Source: Gammaproteobacteria bacterium
Lineage (GTDB): Bacteria > Pseudomonadota > Gammaproteobacteria > JADZEE01
Length of the DNA stretch: 53,746 nucleotides
Assembly: GCA_050183625.1 (NCBI GenBank)
Contig: JBFXBD010000042.1
Coordinates: forward strand, 1 to 53,746
Direction: 5' to 3'
Part shown: positions 44,850-53,746 of the stretch, in pieces
How positions within the stretch are numbered: position 1 is the stretch's first letter
How the letters are laid out: every line of letters begins with the position of its first letter
Notes under the pieces: generated by a model
The model's database searches: none
What the model was told of the DNA's origin: nothing
What the model saw: the letters and a program-made list of their open reading frames with translations, nothing else
Made by a program: the position numbers and the translations under genes

Positions 44850-45599
44850 ATGGTGATCCCTCCCGAGCCGGTCGTCGGGCCGCCCGTCGTACTCATCCAC
44901 GGCGCCTGGCACGAAGGGCATTGCTGGGACGCGGTGGCGCGGGTGCTACGCGCGCAGGGGCACCGGGTGTTCGCGCCGACGCTGCCCGGGCGCGGCCCCG
45001 CGGCCGATCGCTACGTCGGCCACGCGGACTGCGTGGCGGCGGTCGTCGCCCTGCTGGAGGAACGCGATCTGCGCGGCGTGGTTCTCGGCGGCCACAGCCT
45101 GGGCGGCAGCATCATCCAGGCGGTCGCCGACCGCATTCCGGAGCGAATCGGGCACCTGGTGTTCATCAGCGGCTTCGTCGTGTGCGATGGCGAGTCCGTG
45201 CTCGCCCTGTATCCGCCGGCATACCGCACCACGGTCGAGCGGCTGTCCGCGCGCGCTGCCGACCGCAGCGTCCGGTTGCCGTACCGGCTGTTCCGCGACC
45301 AGTTCATGCGCGAGACTTCCGAGCGCCTCGCCCGCGACTGCTACGCACGCCTGGTGCCCGAGCCGTGGCGGCTGCTGGCCGATCCGGTCGCATTGCCGCG
45401 GTTCTTCGATCTCGACGTCCCGGCCACCTACGTGCACGCCCGGGACGATCGCACGCTGCCCGCCGATGCACGCTGGGGCTGGGTGCCGCGCATGCCGCGG
45501 CGTTTGCCCGCCTGTGCCTGCATCGATATCGAGGGCGGTCACGAGAGCCCGTACACCTCGCCCGATCGGCTCGCGGCGATCATCGCCGGGCTGCGGTAG
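44850..45599 (+). CDS. Alpha/beta-hydrolase-fold esterase
   Basis: VVLIHGAWHEGHCWD and the nucleophile elbow GHSLGG. In-frame ATG at 44850. Confidence 0.75.
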   Translation: MVIPPEPVVGPPVVLIHGAWHEGHCWDAVARVLRAQGHRVFAPTLPGRGPAADRYVGHADCVAAVVALLEERDLRGVVLGGHSLGGSIIQAVADRIPERIGHLVFISGFVVCDGESVLALYPPAYRTTVERLSARAADRSVRLPYRLFRDQFMRETSERLARDCYARLVPEPWRLLADPVALPRFFDLDVPATYVHARDDRTLPADARWGWVPRMPRRLPACACIDIEGGHESPYTSPDRLAAIIAGLR

Positions 45600-45801
45600 T
45601 ATTGACGCGCGTCACGGCCGCGCAACGTCCGCTGTCCGCAAACGTAGCGCAATCGCCGCGAGACGTGCTAAATTGCGAACCAAAGCAGACTTTTACACCA
45701 ATATCTGAACGCGCTGCTTCCAATCGTGCATGGGGGGCGAGCATTTGCACATCGGTAAGCCGTACCGGCCCGCGACTGCGGCGCCGCGCAACTACACAGG
45801 C

Positions 45802-47418
45802 ATGATGCTTCGCCGGGCCGCTCGCCTGCCGGCGCATCGGTTGCTCCTGTCGATGTTCCTGGCGGTAGCGCTCACGGCGCCGGCGCACGCGGAGGACACC
45901 CCGGTGGTGAAGTTCCGCGTCGACCGTTTCTTGGTCGAGGGCGACAACCCCATCGGCGCGCAGGCCGCCGAGGGCGTGCTCGCCCAGTACGCCGGCGACT
46001 ACGAAGGGGTCGACGGACTGCTCGCCGCGGCCGACGCCCTGGAACAGGCGCTGGCGGAAAAGGGATTCGTCTACCACCGCGTGGTGCTGCCGCCGCAGAA
46101 GTTGAACGAGGGCGCGGTGACGCTGCAGATCCGCGAGCTCAAGATCGGCAAGGTCTCGGTCACCGGAAACACCTATTCTTCCGAGGATCAGGTGCGTGGC
46201 ACCGTGCGGGCGCTGCGCCCGGGGCAGACGCCCAATGCGCTGGAGGTCGACCGCGCACTGGAGTTCGCCAACCGCCATCCCACGCGCGTGACGCGCCTGA
46301 AGATGAAGGAGTCGGAAACACCCGACGCCATCGACGCCGAGCTGGCCGTGGAGGAGCAGCGCCCCTGGCGCTTCTTCGGCGTGCTGAACAACATCGGCAC
46401 CGAGGACACCGGCCGGCTGCGCATGACCGCCGGCGCGCAGCACACCAATCTCTGGCACCGCGATCACCAGGCCGTGGTCACCTACACCATGGCGCCGGAC
46501 AGCTTCGACGACGTCCTCCAGGTCGGCTTCCAGTACCAGATGCCGCTGTACTGGGACAGCAGCACGCTGTCGGTGTTCTACGTCCACTCCGACGTGCAGA
46601 TTATCAACCTGGGCGCCGCTGCCGCGGGCGTCGCGGGTGGCGGCATCGACCTCGCCGGTGCCGGCGACTTCGTCGGCGTGACCTTCGCCCACCGCATGCT
46701 GAACATCGGCCGCTACAGCCACGGCTGGTCGATTTCCCTGCAGGACAAGCTCTTCAATAACGAATTTCCGCTCAACGCCCCCAACAACGATCACCGGGTG
46801 CGCTCGCGCCCGGTCGTGGTCCAGTACGACGGCAGTTTTCGCACCGAGCGCACGCGCTCGACGTTCTACCTGGGCTTTTCCAAGAACGTCACCAACGGTG
46901 CCTTCAACAACGATCGGCGCTACGTCGAATCGCCGCGTTCGGGCGCGACGGCGGACTGGGAGTCGTTCCGCTTCGGCGGCACGTTCAACTACCGCCTGCC
47001 GCTCGACTACACCGCGCGCGTCCTGTTCGACGCCCAGTACGCGGATCAGGCGCTGATCGCGGGCGAGCAGTTCGGAGCCGGCGGCGTCGAGTCCGTGCGT
47101 GGCTTCGCCGAGCGCGAGATTGCCGGTGACAGCGGCTACCGCGGCGCGGTGGAGCTCTGGTCGCCCCCACTGCCGTACGTGCCCGGCCTGCGCGCGCTCG
47201 CGTTTATGGACCTGGGTCATAAATGGAGCAGGAACATCGGGCCGGGCGAGGTCACGCAGGATACGATTTCCAGCATCGGAGCCGGTCTGCGGTGGAACTG
47301 GAAAGACCATGTCGGATTCAACCTGGACTATGGCCATTCGCTCGCCGACGTGACTCCGGTGGGCCAGCCTACGCGAGGCAGCGTCAAGTGGCACTTCACC
47401 CTGTTCGCAAAATTCTGA
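45802..47418 (+). CDS. Two-partner-secretion outer-membrane transporter (TpsB; ShlB/FhaC/HecB family)
   Basis: Signal peptide MMLRRAARLPAHRLLLSMFLAVALTAPAHA. POTRA-like N-terminus and beta-barrel ending ...WHFTLFAKF (terminal Phe). Confidence 0.85.
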   Translation: MMLRRAARLPAHRLLLSMFLAVALTAPAHAEDTPVVKFRVDRFLVEGDNPIGAQAAEGVLAQYAGDYEGVDGLLAAADALEQALAEKGFVYHRVVLPPQKLNEGAVTLQIRELKIGKVSVTGNTYSSEDQVRGTVRALRPGQTPNALEVDRALEFANRHPTRVTRLKMKESETPDAIDAELAVEEQRPWRFFGVLNNIGTEDTGRLRMTAGAQHTNLWHRDHQAVVTYTMAPDSFDDVLQVGFQYQMPLYWDSSTLSVFYVHSDVQIINLGAAAAGVAGGGIDLAGAGDFVGVTFAHRMLNIGRYSHGWSISLQDKLFNNEFPLNAPNNDHRVRSRPVVVQYDGSFRTERTRSTFYLGFSKNVTNGAFNNDRRYVESPRSGATADWESFRFGGTFNYRLPLDYTARVLFDAQYADQALIAGEQFGAGGVESVRGFAEREIAGDSGYRGAVELWSPPLPYVPGLRALAFMDLGHKWSRNIGPGEVTQDTISSIGAGLRWNWKDHVGFNLDYGHSLADVTPVGQPTRGSVKWHFTLFAKF

Positions 47419-48863
47419 TGCGGCTGCCGCAGGCTGCCGTCCTGGCGGGTGCGATCATCGCCTCGCAAGGAGTCGGCGCGGCGGAAGCCGGCAAGGCGGT
47501 GTTCGCGCGCGGCGCCGTGACCGGCCAGGCCGCGGACGGCAGCATCAACGTGCTCGGCAAGGACGCGCTCCTGCACGAAGGCGACGTGATCACCACGGGC
47601 AGGAAGAGCTTCGCGGTACTCGAACTCGCCGACGGCACCCGCATGGCGCTGCGCCCGGAAACCGTGTTCAAGGTCGAGCAGTACCGCGACACCGCCGGCT
47701 CCGAATCCGCGGTGATGCGCCTGTTCAAGGGCGGCCTGCGCACCATCAGCGGCTTCATCGCCAAGCGTGGCGGCGACGCCTACAGGATGAACACGCCGGT
47801 GGCAACGATCGGCATCCGCGGTACCGAACTCGACGTGCGCCTGTGCGACGCCTCGTGCAAGGCCGACGCCGAGGCGGCACGGGCGCAGGCCCCGGCAGCA
47901 CCGGCAGCACCGGCCGGCAAGGTGGTCGGGAGGGTGGCCTTCGCCAAGGGCGAGATCACCGGGACCGGCGCGGACCAGAAGCCGCGCGTCATGGCGCTGG
48001 GTGCACCGCTGTACGAGGGGGACGTGGTCAACACCAGCCGCGACGGGCTGGCCGTGCTCGCGTTCCGCGATGAATCGCGGGTCACGTTGTCCTCCAACAG
48101 CGGCTTCCAGGTCGAGAAGGCGCAGTTCGAGCGCGAGGATCCCGGCGCCGGCAGCACCGTGTTCCGCCTGCTGCGCGGCGGCCTGCGCGCGGTCACCGGC
48201 CTGGTCGGCAAGCGCAACCCGAACAACGTCCGCTTCAACACGCCGGTGGCCACCATCGGTATTCGCGGCACCGGTTTCGACCTGCTCTGCCAGGGGTCGT
48301 GCAATGCCTCGCCGAAGGCACAGCTCGACGCCATCCAGGGCCACGATCGGATCTTCGGCTGGCTCGCCTGGCTGATCCCGGCCGCGCATGCCCAGGGTGC
48401 GCCGCCGCCGGGCCTGTTTGCGCGCGTCTGGCTGGGCGGCATCACCATGTTCTTCGGCAACCAGCAGCAGAACCTGGACGAGGGCAAGACCGCCTTCCTG
48501 AACGGCCTGACCGGGGTGTTCAAGCTGGTGCCGGCGATGCCGGGCGACTTCAACCCGCCGCGGCCGGACCAGGTGCCGGTGAACCAGCAGCAGCTTTTCG
48601 AAGTCAAGGAAACCGGCGATCCGCAGGAAGGCGATCTGCTGGTGAACTGCAACGCGGGCCACTGCAGCGTCCAGACCGACCAGGGCACCACCGAACTGGG
48701 TGCCGGCGAAGGCGCTTCGGTGGGATCCGATGGCGGCAGCCAGCGCCAGGATCCGAGCGGCGTGTTGACGAACGACCCGTACCTGAAGACCGCCGATCCG
48801 AACATGGCGCCGCTGCTGGACACGATCCAGCCGGGCCAGAACACCGCGCCGGAATGCCAGTAA
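47418..48863 (+). CDS. FecR-domain protein with two FecR-like repeats, secreted. Its ATG overlaps the tpsB stop (ATGA).
   Basis: Signal peptide MRLPQAAVLAGAIIASQGVGAA. Two copies of ...NTPVATIGIRGT(E/G)(L/F)D... Confidence 0.7.
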   Translation: MRLPQAAVLAGAIIASQGVGAAEAGKAVFARGAVTGQAADGSINVLGKDALLHEGDVITTGRKSFAVLELADGTRMALRPETVFKVEQYRDTAGSESAVMRLFKGGLRTISGFIAKRGGDAYRMNTPVATIGIRGTELDVRLCDASCKADAEAARAQAPAAPAAPAGKVVGRVAFAKGEITGTGADQKPRVMALGAPLYEGDVVNTSRDGLAVLAFRDESRVTLSSNSGFQVEKAQFEREDPGAGSTVFRLLRGGLRAVTGLVGKRNPNNVRFNTPVATIGIRGTGFDLLCQGSCNASPKAQLDAIQGHDRIFGWLAWLIPAAHAQGAPPPGLFARVWLGGITMFFGNQQQNLDEGKTAFLNGLTGVFKLVPAMPGDFNPPRPDQVPVNQQQLFEVKETGDPQEGDLLVNCNAGHCSVQTDQGTTELGAGEGASVGSDGGSQRQDPSGVLTNDPYLKTADPNMAPLLDTIQPGQNTAPECQ

Positions 48864-48890
48864 TGGCCGGCCAGCACAGGTAGCATCGAG

Positions 48891-51800
48891 ATGCGCAAGT
48901 CGACATCCCCGAAATCCACCCGCCGCGCGCTCGCGCTCGCCCTCGGATGCACGCTCGGGGCGGCAGCCGGCACCGCGGGCGCCAATCCGCTCGGCCCCCA
49001 GGTCGTCAACGGCGGCGCCACATTCGCCAATCCGGCGGCCGGCGTCCTCGAGGTGACGAACACCCCGGGCGCGATCATCAACTGGCAATCGTTCGGCATC
49101 GGGGCAAGCGAGACCACGCGCTTCATCCAGCAGAGCGCCCAGAGCGCGGTGCTGAACCGGGTCGTCGGCGGGGTGCCCTCGGAGATCCTCGGCAACCTGC
49201 TTTCCAACGGCCGGGTATTCCTGGTCAATCCCAACGGCATCCTGTTCGGCAGGAACGCGGTGGTGGATACCGCTGGCCTGGTCGCATCCACGCTCAGCAT
49301 CCAGGACGCCGACTTCATCTCCGGCCGGTTGAAGTTCGACGGCGGCCCGGAATCGGGCGCCATCCGGAACGAGGGTTTCATCAAGGCGGCGCCGGGCGGC
49401 AACGTCCTGGTGATTGCGCCGACGATCGAGAACACCGGCATCATCCAGGCCGACGGCGGCAAGCTCATGCTCGCGGCAGGCCGTTCGGTCACGCTGGTCA
49501 GCCTGGATTCGGACTACGTGACCTTCGAGGTGCAGGCGCCTTCGGATCAGGTGCTGAACCTGGGCGAGTTGCTGGCGCGCGGCGGTGCGGCGCGGATTTT
49601 CGCCGGATCGATCCGCCAGGCGGGCGTGGTCTCTGCCGACAGCGTCGGCGTGGACGCGGCCGGCGTGGTCGAACTGCGCGCATCGAGCCGGGTCGCGCTC
49701 GAGTCCGCCAGTCGCACCACGGCTTCGGGCGGAACCGCGGCGGACGGCGGCAGCGTAATCGTCGAGGCGCGTTCGGCCGAGGGTACGGCGCCGGCGGAGA
49801 TCGCGCACGAGGGCACGGTCGACGCCTCCGGCGTCAACGGCGGCAGCGTCACGCTCGCGGGCGATCTGATCACCAGCACCGGCACGGTCTCGGCACGCGG
49901 CGGCAACGCCGGCGGCGCCGTGTCGATGACCGCGCGCGACAGCCTGCTGCTGTCAGGCATGTCCCGGGTGCGTGTCGACGGGGGCAGCGGCCAGGGCGGA
50001 AGCGCCACGCTCGACGGCGGCATGAACCTGAACGCCTCGACCATCGTCGAAGCCAGCGGCGATCGGGGCGGCACGATCCATGTGCTCGGCGACAGCGTCC
50101 AACTGGTCGGCGCGTCCCTCGACGCGCGCGGCGAACACGGCGGCGGCGATGTCCGCATCGGCGGCGGGCGCGCGGGCGGGGAAGGCCTGAAGGCGTCGAA
50201 CGTCACTGCGGTGGACAGGCTCACGCTCGTCCGGGCGGACGCGACCGGCGATGGCGACGGCGGCACCGCGGTGCTGTGGTCGGCGGGCGATACGCATTTC
50301 TCCGGCACCATCACCGCGCGCGGCGGGATGACCGGCGGCGACGGTGGCCTGATCGAGGTCTCCGGCCGGTCCATCTACAACCTCGGTCGCATCGATCTGA
50401 GCGCGGTCGCCGGCAATGGGGGCACGCTGGTGCTGGATCCGGTCCTCATTACCATCCAGGCCGGCAGCATCATCAACACCACCGGCTTTGCCGACCCGAC
50501 CAACAGCGAGGGCTCGAGCTTCGGTTCGGACTTCAACTGCTTCGCCGCCGGTTCGATCACCTCGTGCGGCTCGGGCGCGGATCGCATCCTGTTCTACGTG
50601 CCGCTGGACGACGTCAACGGCGTCGCGGACTCCGGCGCGGTCTACCTGTTCGACCTGCAGACCGGCGCGCTGGTCAGTTCGCTCATCGGCACGCATGCCG
50701 GCGATCAGGTGGGTGCCGGCGGGCTGTATGACTTCGACGAATGCTGCCTGTCGCTGCCGGGCATGCCGGATGGCACGGTCGTGCTCTCGCACCCGTTCTA
50801 CAACAACGATGGTGGCGCGCTGACGCCGTTCAACGTCATCAGCGGCATGGGGATCGGCACGGCGGTGTCCGACGGTTCCGTGCCGGGCGTCGCGGCCAAC
50901 AGCATCGTCGGCAATCCGGGAGACTTCATCACCTCCAGTTTCTTCGATGTCGATGCGCTGCCCGGCAAGACGGTGATGTTCAACGAGGACGCGCTCGGCG
51001 GCCGCGGCGCGGTGACGGTTCTGAACAGCGCTTCGCTCACCTTCGCCGCCACCGGCGGATTCGGAATGGTGAGCGCAGCCAACAGCCTGGTGGGCGTGGC
51101 GACCACCGACCACGTCGGCAGCGCAGGGGCGTTTCAAATCTCGTCGGGCAACTACTACATCCGCAGCCCCGACTTCAACAGCTTCGGCGGCGCACTGACG
51201 TTCTTCAATGCCGGCACGACCCCGGTCGGCACGGTGTCCAATGCGAACAGCATCCTGGGCAATGCCGGCGACCAGCTTGCCAGCGGTTTCTTCCAGTACC
51301 TCGATGCCAATACCCTCGCGATGGCAACGCCGGATTTCGGCGGCGGTCGCGGCGCGGTTACCGTCGTGAACCCCACGACCGGGCAATTCAAGGCCGGAGG
51401 CGGGTTCGGTTTCATCGGCAGCGGCAACAGCCTGGTCGGGTCGGCGACGACGGACGCGGTCGGCAACGGCGGGGTCACCTTCCTGGGCGGCAACGGTTAC
51501 TACATCGAGAGCCCCGACTTCAACAGCCTGGGCGGCGCGCTGACGTTCATCAGCCCGACCGTCATCCCGGTGGGCGTGGTTTCGGCGTCGAACAGCATCA
51601 TGGGCAACGCCGGGGAGGGCCTGGGAAGCGGAGGTATCGTCAATTCGATCGTGGGCGTGCAACTGCTCCGGACCCCGGGATTCGGCGTTGATCTCGGTGC
51701 CGTCACCGCGATCGATCCGGCGACCGGCCAGTTCAAGACCGGCGGCTTCGGGTTCATCGGCGCCACGAACAGCCTGGTCGGCGCGACCTCCGGCGATCAG

Positions 51801-53746
51801 GTGGGATCCGACGGCTTCATCCAGATCGGCACGAGCGCGGGTTACATCTACAGCCCGAGCTGGGACGGCGGGCGCGGTGCGCTCACGTTCTTCTCCTCGA
51901 CCGCCTTGCCGGTGGGCATCGTGTCGGACGGCGTCGTGACCCCGACCGCGAACAGCATCACCGGCGCCTTCGGCAGTGATTGCCTCGGCTGTCGCGGCAT
52001 CTTCACGCCATTCACGTTCGGTGGTGTCGCCGGCCGGGTGGTGATCCTGACCGATACCTTCAACGTCGATGCCGGCGCGATCACGGTGACCGATGCGACC
52101 ACCGGCGAATTCGCGGTCGGCGGCGGCTTCGGGAACGTCGGCGGCGCGAACAGCCTGATCGGCGGCGGCGGAGACCGGCTCGGCAGTAGCGGCGTCGAGT
52201 GGGCCTTCGACGAGTTCGGTTCCATCACCGGTACCTTCGTCAAGAGCCCGCTATTCAATGGATCGGCCGGCGCGTTCACGTTCGTCTCGGCCAACCCCGT
52301 CGATCCGGTGCCGTTTGGTGCCGTGAACGGCGCCAACGGCGCCAGCATCTTCGGCGCGAATCCGAGCGATCGGATCGGCGACGTCTCCTTTGGCGGCACG
52401 TTCGATACCTTCAGCGTCCCCGGCTACACGGTCATCCTCAGTCCGCATTACAACGGCGACCGTGGTGCCATCACGGTACTCGACAGCACCACCGGGCGGT
52501 TCGCGGCCAGCGCCCTGTTCGGCATGGTCGACGCCAGCGGTTGTCCGGGCGCGAGTTCGACCTGCAACAGCGCGGTCGGCAGCGTGGCCGGCGATCTGGT
52601 CGGCGATGGCGGTCTGTTCCCTGATTTCAACGGCCGGGCATTTGTATTCAGCCCGGGTTGGAACAGCTCGGGCGGAGCATTGACCTTCCTCGAACCCGGC
52701 GCGGTCGCGCCGGCGGTGATCCCGCTCGGCCAGGTCGGAACCGGCAACAGCATCGTCGGTGCGCCGGGCGACCTGCTCGGCAGCAACGGCGTGGACATGT
52801 TCAGCCTGTCTGGACTCACCATCGTCCTCAGCCCGTTCGCGGCATTCAATGCCGGCGCGATTACCGTGCTCGACAGCGCCACCGGCCAGTTCGCGGTCGG
52901 TGGCGGCTTCGGGGCGATCTCCACGAGCAACAGCCTCGTCGGCGTGATCGACTCCTTCGCCAGCCTGCCGGAGGACAGGATCGGCAGCGGCGACATCGAG
53001 GTGCTGCCCAGCGGCACCGCGATGGTCACGTCGCCGTTTTTCAACGAATCGGCCGGTGCGCTCACCTTCATCCGCTCCGGCAGCGTTCCGTTCGGCCTGC
53101 TCACCACGGCCAGTCCGACCGCCTTCAGCATCGCCGGCGATCAACCCGGCGCACACCTGGGCAGCAATGCCGGCGGTTCGGACTTCATCTACACGTCGGA
53201 GGATCTGGAAAGCCTGATTTCGGCCCAGGGCGGCGGGTTCTTTTTCCCGACTCGCTTCGACGGCGACCTGGTGGTACTGAGCCCGGATGCGTTCAATGGC
53301 AAGGGTGCCATCACCGTGCTGGACGACACCACCGGCCAGTTCACGGTCAGCGGTACCTACGGTGCGCTCGACGTGAGCGGTTGCCCGGGCGCGGGCGCGA
53401 CCTGCAACAGCCTGGCCGGCGCGACGGCCAACGCCACCGTGCAGGGCGATCACCTCGGCAGCGGAGGTATCGTCGGCCTGGCGAGCGGGCATGTGCTGGT
53501 GCGCAGCCTGGAATTCAACAAGGGTGCGGGCACCGTCGGCGGCGGCGCGCTGACCTTCCTGGACAATGCCGCAGCCCCGCTGACCGGCATCGCCGACGGC
53601 ACCAATTCGATCATCGGCGCCAACGGCGCCAACCTGCTGGGCAGCCTGACGATCGACCAGTTCACCCTGTTCGGCAAGCTCATCCTCCGCAACTCGAATT
53701 ACGACAGCGGCCGCGGTGTCGGAACCGGTCTGGATGCGGCCGCCGG
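48891..53746 (+). CDS. TpsA-type two-partner-secretion exoprotein (filamentous-haemagglutinin-like); 3' end truncated by the window edge (more than 1618 aa)
   Basis: Not in the ORF track because it is open-ended; hand translation from ATG 48891 runs to the window end without a stop and with strong GC3 bias. The N-terminal TPS domain is MRKSTSPKSTRRALALALGCTLGAAAG...QVVNGGATF...NPNGILFG. Then come Gly-rich repeats, followed by long ~55-65-aa repeats (motifs NSLVG, SPxFNSxGGALTF, PVGxVSxxNSIxGNxGDxLGS). Confidence 0.8.
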   Translation, partial: MRKSTSPKSTRRALALALGCTLGAAAGTAGANPLGPQVVNGGATFANPAAGVLEVTNTPGAIINWQSFGIGASETTRFIQQSAQSAVLNRVVGGVPSEILGNLLSNGRVFLVNPNGILFGRNAVVDTAGLVASTLSIQDADFISGRLKFDGGPESGAIRNEGFIKAAPGGNVLVIAPTIENTGIIQADGGKLMLAAGRSVTLVSLDSDYVTFEVQAPSDQVLNLGELLARGGAARIFAGSIRQAGVVSADSVGVDAAGVVELRASSRVALESASRTTASGGTAADGGSVIVEARSAEGTAPAEIAHEGTVDASGVNGGSVTLAGDLITSTGTVSARGGNAGGAVSMTARDSLLLSGMSRVRVDGGSGQGGSATLDGGMNLNASTIVEASGDRGGTIHVLGDSVQLVGASLDARGEHGGGDVRIGGGRAGGEGLKASNVTAVDRLTLVRADATGDGDGGTAVLWSAGDTHFSGTITARGGMTGGDGGLIEVSGRSIYNLGRIDLSAVAGNGGTLVLDPVLITIQAGSIINTTGFADPTNSEGSSFGSDFNCFAAGSITSCGSGADRILFYVPLDDVNGVADSGAVYLFDLQTGALVSSLIGTHAGDQVGAGGLYDFDECCLSLPGMPDGTVVLSHPFYNNDGGALTPFNVISGMGIGTAVSDGSVPGVAANSIVGNPGDFITSSFFDVDALPGKTVMFNEDALGGRGAVTVLNSASLTFAATGGFGMVSAANSLVGVATTDHVGSAGAFQISSGNYYIRSPDFNSFGGALTFFNAGTTPVGTVSNANSILGNAGDQLASGFFQYLDANTLAMATPDFGGGRGAVTVVNPTTGQFKAGGGFGFIGSGNSLVGSATTDAVGNGGVTFLGGNGYYIESPDFNSLGGALTFISPTVIPVGVVSASNSIMGNAGEGLGSGGIVNSIVGVQLLRTPGFGVDLGAVTAIDPATGQFKTGGFGFIGATNSLVGATSGDQVGSDGFIQIGTSAGYIYSPSWDGGRGALTFFSSTALPVGIVSDGVVTPTANSITGAFGSDCLGCRGIFTPFTFGGVAGRVVILTDTFNVDAGAITVTDATTGEFAVGGGFGNVGGANSLIGGGGDRLGSSGVEWAFDEFGSITGTFVKSPLFNGSAGAFTFVSANPVDPVPFGAVNGANGASIFGANPSDRIGDVSFGGTFDTFSVPGYTVILSPHYNGDRGAITVLDSTTGRFAASALFGMVDASGCPGASSTCNSAVGSVAGDLVGDGGLFPDFNGRAFVFSPGWNSSGGALTFLEPGAVAPAVIPLGQVGTGNSIVGAPGDLLGSNGVDMFSLSGLTIVLSPFAAFNAGAITVLDSATGQFAVGGGFGAISTSNSLVGVIDSFASLPEDRIGSGDIEVLPSGTAMVTSPFFNESAGALTFIRSGSVPFGLLTTASPTAFSIAGDQPGAHLGSNAGGSDFIYTSEDLESLISAQGGGFFFPTRFDGDLVVLSPDAFNGKGAITVLDDTTGQFTVSGTYGALDVSGCPGAGATCNSLAGATANATVQGDHLGSGGIVGLASGHVLVRSLEFNKGAGTVGGGALTFLDNAAAPLTGIADGTNSIIGANGANLLGSLTIDQFTLFGKLILRNSNYDSGRGVGTGLDAAA

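Noticed and set aside
47328-51662. Minus-strand ORFs (47328..49808, 826 aa; 49953..51662, 569 aa) and plus-strand off-frame ORFs (48947..50731, 50741..51691 and others) overlapping the FecR and TpsA genes
   Set aside because: The true TpsA frame (from 48891, open to the window end) shows GC3 bias and TPS-domain motifs. The other ORFs are other-frame readings of the same Gly/Ala-rich repeat DNA.

Overview
This is a high-GC (about 70%) proteobacterial chromosomal segment that is densely coding, and it reads like a catabolic, accessory-leaning neighbourhood. Genes were called from the six-frame track using GC3 bias, diverse amino-acid composition, recognisable family motifs and Shine-Dalgarno sites; long Arg/Ala/Pro/Gly-rich ORFs antisense to or overlapping these genes were rejected as high-GC artefacts. 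The main contents are:
- A methylmalonyl-CoA pathway: epimerase at 442-846, and a minus-strand run of a hypothetical gene, methylmalonyl-CoA mutase, propionyl-CoA carboxylase beta and alpha, and MeaB (31.2-39.5 kb).
- Four translationally coupled acyl-CoA dehydrogenase genes (21.8-26.2 kb).
- Two AMP-forming CoA ligases, a PQQ quinohemoprotein alcohol dehydrogenase, an LLM flavin monooxygenase and an SDR.
- The SAM cycle pair metK and ahcY with a clean rho-independent terminator.
- A tandem pair of tRNA-like genes, one Lys-UUU-like, each with a structural anomaly, sitting in an unusually long non-coding, hairpin-rich region.
- A divergent module of an AfsR/SARP-type regulator plus a double-DUF4242 protein facing an AurF-like diiron oxygenase, a 50-aa peptide and a small membrane protein.
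- A fused CinA/PncC-like plus NadD-like gene.
- A two-partner secretion locus (TpsB, a FecR-domain protein, TpsA). The TpsA exoprotein gene runs off the window end, so it is absent from the supplied ORF track, and it carries long non-canonical repeats.
I found no CRISPR array, IS element or rRNA. The most promising candidates for new biology are the diiron-oxygenase/peptide/SARP module, the PncC-NadD fusion, the aberrant tRNA pair and the repeat-rich TPS exoprotein.
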